Part shown: positions 37,501-49,500 of the stretch, piece after piece
Layout: each line of letters opens with the position of its first letter
Position numbering within the stretch: position 1 is the first letter of the stretch
Assembly (NCBI GenBank): GCA_030390025.1
Contig: CM059425.1
Span: forward strand, 163,062,001-163,126,000
Length of the DNA stretch: 64,000 bases
Reading direction: 5' to 3'
Source: Squalus acanthias
Taxonomy: Eukaryota
Notes under the pieces: model-generated
The model's input: only the letters and a program-made list of their open reading frames with translations
Database searches by the model: none
What the model was told of the DNA's origin: nothing
Translations under genes and position numbers: made by a program

Positions 37501-40500
37501 ATTCCAGTTTAGAAGTTCCACTCTAGATTGTTCCTTGCTCCTCGCCATTGTTAATCTAAATCTTATGATACGATGATCACTCGTTCCCAAGTGTTCTCCC
37601 ACAGACACTTGGTCGACCTGGCCCACCTCATTCCCCAGCACCAGATCCAGCAATGCCTCCTTCCTAGCTGGGCCAAGAACATATTGGTCAAGGAAATTCT
37701 CCTGAACACATTTCAGAAATTCCTCCCCCTCTTTTCCCTTTACTCTAGCATTATCCCAATCGATATTTGGGTAATTAAAATCCCCCAATATCACCACTCT
37801 ATAGGTCTTGCATATCTCTGTGATTTCCCTGCAGATTTGCTCCTCTACCTCCCTCTCACTATTTGGAGGCCTACAGAATACCCCCAGTAGCATGATCATA
37901 CCCTTTTTGCTCCTCAACTCTAACCAAATGGATTCTGTCCTTGTCCCTCAAGAACATCCTCCCTTTCCAACACTACAATGTCTTCCTTAATCAGCACTGC
38001 CACCCCACCTCCCTTTTTTTCTTCCCTATCTTTTCTGAACACCTTGTACCCTTGAATATTAAGTGCCCAGTCCTCACCGTTTTTAAGCCACATCATATTG
38101 CCACACAGCTAATTGTGCTTGTAGCTCACCAACCATATTCACCACACTTTGTGTTTACGTACATGCATTCTAAACCCATTTTTGATTTTTTCATAGTCTT
38201 TCTTAGTCTGCTCCGATCTAATATGGTACTACTACCACCTCCAGTACTATCTTCTCTAGTACTATCCAACACACTCACTCCTATGCACCTTATTTCTCTT
38301 TTCTACTCCTATATGCTGGTGCCCATCCCCCTGCCAAGCTAGTTTAATGTTGAAAGGGGAATTGGGGTTGAGATCACTGGTATCGCAGGCGAATGATTCC
38401 ATCCTGGATATCCCGGCCAGAAAGGGGCTGCCTCCCTCTTCTGCTGCGAGCATTTGCTGTAAATCTGAAATGAAAGCAGAAAATGCTGGAAATACTCAAC
38501 AGGTCAGGCAGCATCTCTCTCCATGGATGCTGCCTGACCGGCTTAGTATTTCCAGCATTTTCTGTCTTCTCAGAGGCCTTCGTTTACCATCTGAGGCCTT
38601 GCAAGCGCCTAGCAGCACTCCTTGCACACTGAAAAACTATGTATTGCACCAAGCCACTACTTCAAGAAAATAAAAAGAATCCAGTCCAAAAGCTTAAATG
38701 CAAACTTACCTGAAAGTTGTGTGTGTCCCTTTAAGAAGTGCTGACAGCGTCTGTCGGTCTGCTGAACGCACGCTTTTCAGAGCGAGCTTAGGACCCAGCG
38801 CTAAGGTCAAAGTTTGCAGACATGGCGTCAAGTCGGCGTCGCACGCCAACTGATGTCATGCTCTCTTCATTTACATCTCCAGGACCAGCAAGGCCCTCAC
38901 CAAAATGGCGGCCGTCGAGTCCCGTGCCAGAGAGAATGACAGCCGCCGTTTTGCGCCAGGATAGCGGTGCAAACTGGTGGCGGTATGTAGCCCAATTTCT
39001 AGGCCCTTTCCTCTTACTGAAGCCTGCCCTTCTGGCTGTAATTTCTCAGTTCTTCCATTGTGGCAGTGTGGTCCTCATCACCACGCCTTGGGGTCTCAGT
39101 TTTTTGGCACCTCATCCTTTGAGCATCTCACCTTGTTCTAACCCTCCCATCTCTCCTTTTAAAATCCTCATTTGCTACCACCTCTGCATCGCATTCCTGA
39201 GACATCCAACCTCCTTCAACCATGGCACTCAGCGGCTGTGTTGATGGTTTTAAACTCCATCTCCACTCACCTTGCCCTTTCTCCTCTGAATTCACTGCCC
39301 TCCTATAACCTCTCCCTTCATATAAATCCCCTACCCATATTCATAGCCACCCCCTTGACCTTGCCATCTCACGTGGCCTTTCTACTTCAATGGTCTCGAT
39401 CAAGAAAAGGCCATTCCAACCATTTCCTTTTATCCATCATTCCCCACATCCCCGTACCCACTTCAAATCCCACTTCCTCCTGCAATTGCCCTTGGAAAAA
39501 ACGCTGTCCCAGGTCACTTACAATTGCACTTTCAAGCTAAGCCTTAGTCCTTTCATTCATCATGACAATTCTGAAAGTGTCAATCTGCTCAACCATTCAC
39601 TCAGATTCCCTTGTCCTCAGTAAAACTTTTACTCTCTTCTATCCGGTTTGCTGCCCCTGGTATGGCCTCCCGGCTCACTCGCAGACTTGACAGTATCTGG
39701 TGCACAACTGGTTTTGCCATCCACCAGCAGATTTGGCTGGACCACATCAAGTACCATCAGGCTTTACTATCCTCTGTCAAATCAACCCAGAATGCCAGGA
39801 TAATCCTGGGAGAGCAAAGATAACTCCCAGCTTCTTTTCTCCATTACCAATTGCCTAATCTTATCTGCTCCCTCTACCCTCACTTCCAAAAACAAGTGCA
39901 AGGAACTCATGTACCAGTTCATCACTCAGATTGAAACTGCCTTCAGCTGCCTCTACTGCTTCCGTCCCTTTCCCCAGAAAGTCAAACCTCCCCCAGGCTC
40001 ACCCCCTGCCCTAGCCCTGATCGCACACACCCCATGATCCCACATCGGTCTTTAGTTTCTCTTCCATCTCCCCTCATGTCCTCTCTCCAAGCTCACCTTG
40101 ACCCCATTCCCACCAAACTGTTGACCACTCAACCTCACTTCTCCTAGCTGGCCTGATATGCTTCATGCTTTGCAAACTTCAGCTCATCCAAAGTCTGTAT
40201 CCTATCCCTCACCAAGTCCTGCTGACCCATCACTCCTGTCCTTATAACCTATATTGGCTTCCAGTCTCCAACATTTCCAAATTAAAATTCTCATCAGAGT
40301 GCTCAAATCACTTCATGGCCTCGCCCCTCCTTATCTCGAACCTCCTCCAGCCCCGACAACCTCCTCCAGTACTCTGTTCCTCTGGCTCTAGCCTCTTCTG
40401 CATTTCCCCCCGCCCCCCCCCCCCCCCCCAGTTTTGCAGTAGACCTCATCATTATTGAATATTGCCAAGGCAATGTCAAATCTTTAATCATGTTGTACCA

Positions 40501-43500
40501 CACTCTTGTATTAATGAATGCATTCATAGTTTGGCAATAATGTTATGCTAGAAAATATTTCTAAATAAAGCAGATTTGGACATCAATTGACTAGTAACTT
40601 GTCAAAACATATTTTACCATACCTGTATACTTGCTCATGACAACTTGTGCGGCAGATATTGCATTCATCTGTACAATGTTGTACTTGTACAGTTCTGAAT
40701 TTCTGTTCGATTTATCCTGCAGTGTTGCACACACCCAGTGTGCATAACCTTTAGCTCCTTCAGTCTGTATAAAGAAATAACTTTTTTTTCCTAATTTTTC
40801 TTTACATTGTAAATTTTAAATAAATTCAGGTTTAATAAATTCTAGCAAAATTTAAACATTTCCTTTCCACCTGCTCTGGCCTCAAATTTAACTTGACTTA
40901 GCCATGAATCACAAAACTAGCATCAAGCTTGACTAAATTTATACACGCACACAAAATAAACAGGCCAGACGGGCCAGATTTTGCTGCAGCAGGGCATCTA
41001 ACGGTGTCTGCAAATAATTAGGCTTGCCCCTGCATCCTTCAGTTCAAAATAAATTTGCCCACATAGTTGCTGAAAGTGCGAGCTGCTAATGGTGCAGCGA
41101 GGGAAACAGGGCATCTGAGACCTGAGTGAACAGGGCAACCGTAACCAATGTTATTTAAGGATTGGGGAATAAACACAGGAAGTACAGAGAAGGAAGGTGA
41201 ATTAACAGGGGTGAAATCAATGCCAAATCAGGTACAGGAAGAGAAATAAAGAGAGGGAAAGAAAGATTGGATTAAGAGTAGAGAAAAAACCCTGGAAAAA
41301 AGAAAAAAAGAGACATTTTTAAAAATCTCCCTGAAAAATTCAAAATCATGAAGGAATGAGACTCCACATTTGTAATAGTTAATTTTCAGTGCCAGAGGGG
41401 TTGATTGGCAGTAATTAATAATCATCAGGTTGCTAAAAGTGCACTTATGCTATTGCTATTAATTACTAGGCCTAAATACCTGCGGCGGGTTTAGTTTGTA
41501 TCTACTGCACAAATACAGCAACTTCATGATATTCAAGCACGTGAATGGCGAGGCAGACAGCGAAATGCCGTTTTTCCAAAGCCAACGGCGGAGCAGCACA
41601 ACTCGGACAGAAACTTTTGGATGTTCACATTTAACCGCGCATCTGCTCCTTGCCTGAAGTTGCTGTACCATTTACGCATAAATAATTGAGAGTGCCATTA
41701 GCCTTACCGTTATTTTGACAGCAAATTTTGGCCGAATTCTTTTTCTTTTTATTCGTTCATGGGATGTGGGCGTTGCTGGGAAAGCCAGCATTTATTGCCC
41801 ATCCCTAATTGCCCTTAAGGTGGTGGTGAGCCGCCTTCTTGACTGGCTTGCTAGGCCATTTCAGAGGGCAGTTAAAAGTCAACCACATTGCTGTGGGTCT
41901 GGAGTCACATGTCGGCCAGACCAGGTAAGGACAGCAGATTTCCTTCCCTAAAGGACATTAGTGAACCAGATGGATTTTTGTGACAATCCGTTAGTTTCAT
42001 GATCACCATTACTGATGGTAGCTTTTTATTACAGATTTATTTAATTAACTGAATTTAAGAGTGTAAGTTCAAGGTACTGAAAGAGTCCCAGATCTCAGAA
42101 ACCCAGAGGTATCCTTGCTCACAATTATCTAATCAGTGCCATTTGAGGGTGATCAAATTGATTTCACAGTTGTAGACTGGACTTGCTTATTTATAGCCTA
42201 GTAATTAAAGTTAAGATAAAAGAATACTTACATTGACGCCAAGTTCAGTGGTATGTCTAAACAAATCCATAGTTTCATAGCTGCCAACAGCTTCAGCAAT
42301 AAGTGCCTGCAAAATTAAATGACTGGAAATTGAGACTGCCATAGCAAAGATACATATGTAATAAATTAAGCAAATTCCTTGCCAACACATGTAGAAAATA
42401 TTTATGAAAGATAAAAATACAATATTCTGATAAATAGCATAAATCAATGGTATTAAGAGTAATGGTACTGACAATTAAATAGTGTGTGTGCACCCAAAGC
42501 ATTATGTATGCTGCTTTTATTTAATTGTTAATTAATTAATTAATTAATTGAGGTGATACTTGAACTGTATAAAACACTAGTTAGAGTACTGCACAGTGTT
42601 CTGGTCACCACATTACAGGAAGGATGTGATTGCATGAGAGGGTACAGAGGAGATTTACAAGGATGTTGCCAACTCAGCATGCTCAATGAAAACCTGGTGG
42701 TTGGGAAGGGCAAGTCCATCAGCAGAGAGAAGGATAGGTCACTGGAACCTCCTCAGAGAAAATGGGCCGCCTTCCTCCCGCTCCCTCTCCACCCCCCAGC
42801 TGAGATTGTTTTCCTGCCTTTTCTCCCCCATCCATTTTAGCTATGAGGAAAGATTGGATAGGCTGCAGTTGTTTTCTTTGGAACAAAAGGAGGCTGCAGG
42901 GAGACTTGATTGAGGTGTATAAAATTGAGGGGCTTAGATAGAAAGGACCTATTTCCCTTAGCAGAGAGGTCAATAACGAAGGGGCATAGATTTAAAGTAA
43001 TTGGTAGAAGGATTAGAGGGGAGTTGAGGAGAAATGTTTTCACCCAGATGTGGGTGGGAGTCTGGAACTCTCTGCCTGAAAGGGTGGTAGAGGCAGAAAC
43101 CCTAATCATATTTCAAAAGCACTTGAATATGCACTTGAAGTGCTGTAACCTATAAGGCTACGGACCAAGAGCTGGAAAGTGGGACTGGCTGGATAGCTTT
43201 TCTCCAGCTGGCACAGACACGATGGGCTGAATGGCCTCCTTTTGTGCCGTAATTTTCTATGATTTTATGAAAGACATTACAAAAGGTACGCAGTCTATCA
43301 AAGTGAGGTAAAAGCCAACAACTTTATAACCCTTATGGTTGTAGTCAACAAAGGAAAAGAGGAACCAGTGATGGTGATCCATGTGGAAATTAGGGAGATA
43401 GGGAAGAATCAGCCAGTGCTCAAATGTAGGTTAAGCATATCGTTTGACCTGCATCAAAAGACATTTGAGTCTTCATTTTTATTGCCAACTTGTAGCATCA

Positions 43501-46500
43501 TTTAACTCTTTCAATTCTTACAGATTCTTTCTGAATGATGTAATACTTGATCAAGGAATGTGGAAAAATTATTGTATAAGAGATCCCTCAATAAAATGGG
43601 AGAAGTTACCACCACTATAGCATAGCTGAATCCCCAATCTGTCCAGTTTCCTCCCCTCCAGTAGAATTTTACACCAGGTGTACCAGTGTTGATACAATAA
43701 TTGCAAGAATATATTCAACTTACTTCAATTAATATAAAATTGTACAAACAATATAAATGATGTACCTGTCCAATCCAGCACATAACATACGAGGGCTCCA
43801 AAGACTGGGCTACCTTAAAAGCTTCGTGGGCAAGCTAAATTGGAAATATATGAAAAACACACACAGTAATGGTGATAACACTAAAAACAAGCATTGATCT
43901 TAGAAAATATTTATAGTTCAATTGCTACAACAATATTATAAGATTTTATATCAGCAGTTTGTGTAATTCAGAGATATTATGAACAGACCTTAAATATCTT
44001 CAGGACAACTAGGTAAATCCAATTACTTTGACTATCACTTTTGCAGTTTAACAACTAGTGTTCTCAATATTTACCTCAATACTTTCATTCTTCAAATAAG
44101 TTGCCCCCAGGTTGGTCCAGGCCACTACATTCTAGTACAAGAGAGCATCAGACTTGAAAAGTCAATGTTTAAGCATTGTTGTTGCATCTTTACTTTGAAG
44201 CATATACAATTAGAAACATTGAAAAAAGTTAATTCCTCTTAATTCAAAGCTGCTTAATTTAAATTATCTTAATTCGAATTGCAATTGTGCAAGCAATGCC
44301 TCAGGTTTTTATTAAAATTACTTCATATTACCGACTACATAATTCAAAATATTGAGCAAAAAGTGATTTTGAATTAACAGTAGACAGTAATTTACTGGAA
44401 AATGTAAAAACAGAAAAGTTGTGAATTTACTTACATTTTGTTCAACCTGAACAGATTTGATAAATGCATGTTGTGCAAGGGCATAATTTTCAATACCTGC
44501 ATCAGAACAATATGGAAAAGAATCAAAATACATTTAATTACATGAATACTTAACCTAATCTAAAATGTTATTTAACGGTTATGCTGTTTTGCTAATTTTA
44601 CGCTGACAAAACTATATTGCAAATAAATAGCTTTTTAGAAAATTTAGCCTACCAAAGTTTTAGTTTGTAAAAGAAAACTGAACACAACTTCAGAATAGGT
44701 TTGAAAAAGGTCAGTTTTCACCTCCAGACCAAACTCTATATAGCAATACCTTTGTAACCTGCAACAACTCCAAGTGCATTCCAGTACAGATGATTTTTGC
44801 TGTCCAACATCACAGATTTTTTAAGGCACTGTTGGATAAACATACATTAAAAATTACACTCTACTTTTTTGTTTTAAAAAACTTTTAAAAGTGGAAACAC
44901 AAATTAGCTAACGCCTAGGGGCAGATTTCCCTCTAATTGCGCTTGGGCATGAAGGATTGTCTGAGCACATCACAGAGGAAAAATCGGAAGGATCGCACAT
45001 GCTTAATAGAGCCAGCTTGATTTTCTGTCCATTAATTTAAGCACATAAAAATCAGCTGGGTTCCGTGAAGTGGCTTTGATCTTCCCCAACACTCTGCATC
45101 GAGGTGACCCATAATGTCCAAACAAGAGGAAAATCTGCGTCATATTGGCCTGGAGTTTCTGTTGGGGGCGCAATTGGCAAATTCTTCTTTCCGACCTGGG
45201 GACGTGGCCAGATTTGTGGGCGGTGATTAGTTTGGGCGACGGGACTGTTGAATTAGCGTAAAAGATTGCAGATACTTGAGCGTAAAGTAGTTATGAGCGC
45301 AACTCACGCTTAAAGTTCTATGATCTTTTACTTTATTTGATTTGATTCCGCCCAGATTAAGCAGTTATCTGGGTGGAAATCATGCGAAAACTCCACACCA
45401 TTATATCCAACTTAAAATAAGATACTTTAAGCATCAGTGATGGTAAAACAGACGAAGGTTTGAATTAAGTATTTATCTCCACAAGAAAGAATGCTAACCT
45501 GCAGCTCCATGACTAGAGTCAGAGTCATAACTGCACAGAAGGAGGCCATTCGGCCCATCAAGTCCGTGCCGGCTCTCTGCAGAGCAATCCAGTCAGTCCC
45601 ATTCCCGTAGCCCTGCAAGTTTATTTCCCTCAAGTGCCTATCCAGTCTCCCCTTGAAAACATTGAGTGTCTCCGCTTCCACCACTTCCATCGGCAGCGAG
45701 TTCCAGGTCTTCACCACCCACTTGCTGCATAAAAAAGTTTTTCCTCACAGCCCCCCTGTATCTCTTGCCCAAAACCTTAAATCTGTGACCCCTAGTCCTT
45801 GTACCATCAACTAGTAGGAACAGCCTTTCCCCGTCTAGCCTATTCAAACCCATCATAATCTTGTACACCTCTATCAAATCACCCCTCAACCTCCTTTGCT
45901 CTAATGAAAACAAATCCAGCTTCTCCAACCTGGCCTTGTAGCGAAGATCCCCCATCCCCGGAACCATTCTGGTAAATCTCCTCTGCACCCTCTCAAGTGC
46001 CTTCACATCCTTCCTAAAGTGTGGTGACCAGAACTGGACGCAATACTCCAGTTGTGGCCTAACCAGGGCTTTATAAAGGTCCAGCATAACTTCTCTACTT
46101 TTGTACTCAAAACCTCTATTTATGAAGCCCAAGATCCCATATGCTTTGCTAACCACTCTCTGAATATGTCCCGCCACCTTCAGGGGCCTAGGCACATTAA
46201 CTCCCAGGTCCCTCTGTCCCTGCACACTCTTTAAAACTGTGCCATTAAGTGTTTATTGCCTCTCCCTGTTCCTTCTGCCAAAATGCATCACTTCACACTT
46301 GTCTGTATTAAATTCCATCTGCCACTTGTCTGCCCATTCTGCTAGCCTTTCTATGTCCTGCTGCAGTCGATTGGTATCATCCTCACAGTTTGCCACACCC
46401 GCAAGTTTGGTGTTATCGGCAAATTTAGAAATTCTACTCTGTATTCCAATATCCAGGTCATTTATATACATCAAAAAAAGCAGTGACCCCAGCACTGATC

Positions 46501-49500
46501 CTTGGGGAACACCACTGTCTACCATCTTCCAGTCTGAAAAGCAGCCCTTTAACACTACTCGCTGTTTTCTGACCTTAAGCCAATTCCTTATCCAAGCTGC
46601 CACTGACCCACCTATTCCATAAGCCTCAATTTTGTTAACCAGCGTTCTAAGTGGTACTTTGTCAGACGCCTTCCGAAAATCCATGTAGACAACATCCATT
46701 GCATTCCCTTCATCAATCATCCCTGTTACTTCATCAAAAAATTCAATAAGATTAGACAAACACGATCTGCCTTTTACAAATCCGTGTTGGCTCTCCTTAA
46801 TTAGCTTCAACCTTTCCAAGTGCCCGTTAATTTTTTCCTTGATTATAGTTTCTAAAACTTTACCCACCACTGACGTTAAACTGACTAGCCTGTAGTTACT
46901 AGGATTGTCCTTATACCCTTTTTTGAACAATGGTATCACATTTGCCACTTTCCAATCATCAGGCACCTCCCCCACATCTAGGGAATATTGGAAAATTATG
47001 GCAAGCCCTTCTGCTATCTCCTGCCCCAATTCCCTTAGCAACCTGGGATGCAAGCCATCTGACCAGGCGACTTATTCACTCTAAGCATACCCAGTCTTTC
47101 TAGTACATCCTGTCTATCAATTTTCACTCCTTCCATTGATTCTACCTTTTCCACTTCTACCGATATTTTGTCAGCATCCACCTCCTTAGTAAACACCGAT
47201 TCAAAGTACTCATTGAGTATTCTAGCCTTGTCCTGCGCCTCTAAGCAGATAACACCTTTTTTGTCCCCAATAGGCCCCACCCCACCTCTTACTACCCGCT
47301 TACTGTTTACATGCTGGTAGAAGACTTAAGTTATGCAACCTGATAAGTGCAAAATTGAATTGAAGTCTATTCTGACAGGCTCCTAGAAGAATCAATCTAG
47401 TGAAATGTGTTAGGAACTGTATAGAGGGCAACAAACTGATCCCAGGACTGTTTACCTCTACCTCAACAGGTTTTGTTGGGTTTATTTTAACACTGGCAAG
47501 GCAATAAATTGAAACACAAGTTTCTATTGCGGATATAGCTGCAACTAGTGAGCAATACATATTTTTCTTCATGTAAAAAGAAACCAAAACTGAATGAGTG
47601 CTGTCCGCTGGCAATCGTGGTGCACAATATCATATTTTTTTTTTTTAAAACAGAAAAACAGCATCAAATAAACAAAATTTACAGCACCAAAATTTTTCAT
47701 TTTAAAAATGGGAAAATCTGTTGAATATTTCACTTGTAGTCCCTATAAGGTAGGCTCATTTCTGTTTTTTTTTTTTTAAAAAGTTAATCATTTACCTGCA
47801 GTGATTTTTCCAGTAACTCAGACACTACATTCTCTTTTCCGGTAGTAGCCAGGTGTTGGACCTGTCGGTAGTAGTTCATGCCAAGATCACACCACAGATT
47901 GGCAGATGCAGACATCAATGTAAGGGCTCGCACATAGCACCTAGGAGGAAATAAATTGCAGTTATTAAAAATATAACTCCTCTTCCCACACCACGAAAAA
48001 TAATTTGGAGACCATTAAGCATTTATTTTAAAATATGAAATTTAGGAAAACATTGGGTTTCCCATTCTGCAACACCCAAAAGGTTGTAGCTTTTTTTGAA
48101 GATTCTATAACTAGTCTCTGATTTTACATTTTATAGTAAACTTTACGTAGTTACAGCTACTTCAATATTGTAAGTATTGAATCCTTTTGTGCATGTTTTC
48201 AATCATAGAACATTCGCAATTTTCTGAAGTCTTTTATTGTGAAATAAAATTAGAGATGTTTTAATCCTATATTCTTCAAATAAATTAGTAATTTTTAAAT
48301 TGTTGATGCACAACTTCAATTGCAGCTTTGAAAGGGTAAAGTTTAATACTTGCAACATATTCTGAATAATTGGATTGTTTTGCTTCAAGATTTTGGCTTA
48401 GAGGGCTTTCAGGTTAATTTATATTATGATGGTATTAAATTTGGCACACAAGAAGTTAACTCCCCACAACACATGCTATCTGAGAATAGAAATTAGATCC
48501 AGTAGCTGGGACCAGACAAAGTGGACAACGGAATCGTGTTTCTTGCATAGTGTATCAGTTTGATACAGCAGGCTCAACTAGTACGTGTTAGAGACACTCT
48601 CATGTGATATTAGAATGGCTTCCTTTTATTGAGAGCAGCAGGCATTCTGGCCACAAAATACGTTGCTATGACCCTCACACCGATTGACGTGTAATCAATC
48701 ATTTCTTGACACACAGATTAGTGGGAAAAAAATCAAGTTTTTGGTTTCCTCTCTAACTGGAACAAAGGTAGTCAACCAGAAGCTTGAATTTCAATGTCAG
48801 TGAGGCAGAGTAGTATCGCTTTCAGAGGAAGGATGAGAGAGACTAGGCAGGTCGAGGCATGAACACGTGGGCTATATTGGGAAAAGTTTAGTGCTGGGCT
48901 AGTTTCAAGAACTGTTAGTCTGCAAAGTAAATTTTAGCTTGTTAGCATGATTGAGTAGGACAAGCAGGGAAAACACCGCAAAGTCGCAGTCACACAGGAT
49001 GTAATTTGTGACTTTGATAAAGGGAGACTCAGTTCTGTGATGTGGGAGCAAGCAGACTGGAGGGATTTTTAAATTGTTCTCAGGATGTGCGCGATGCTGA
49101 CAAAGCAATATTTATCGCCCAGCGCTAGTTGTCGACAGAATGGTGGTGGACCTTCTTAAGTAGCAATGTTTTGTGCAACTGACTGGCTTGCTAGACCATT
49201 TAAGAAGGCATTATGAGTCAATCACGTTACGTCAGACTGGAGTCACATGTTGACCAGATAAGTGGTGGATGGTTCCCTTACCTGAAGTACAATAGTGAAC
49301 CATATGGGATTTGGCAGCTTTCATGAACAATTTTGTTTGGTGTCAATTCACAAATTATCAGATTTATTGAACTGAATTTCACAACTTGCCATGATGGGAC
49401 TGAAACTCATTACTTCTGGGTTGCTAACCACTACATGACTGTACCCATAATCAAGGAGTTTTGAGCGAGAACGACATGGAGTTGGGGAATGTTGGCATGC

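Larger units (their letters stand above)
35495..39006. mobile_element. Second, older Harbinger element (Myb remnant) with nested CR1 and Penelope-like hairpin
   Basis: Ends GGGCTAAAATTT / AATTTCTAGGCCC; Myb-like [28 protein letters not shown] near 36080-36170; [15 protein letters not shown] tail ([11 protein letters not shown]) as in the first element. Confidence 0.6.
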
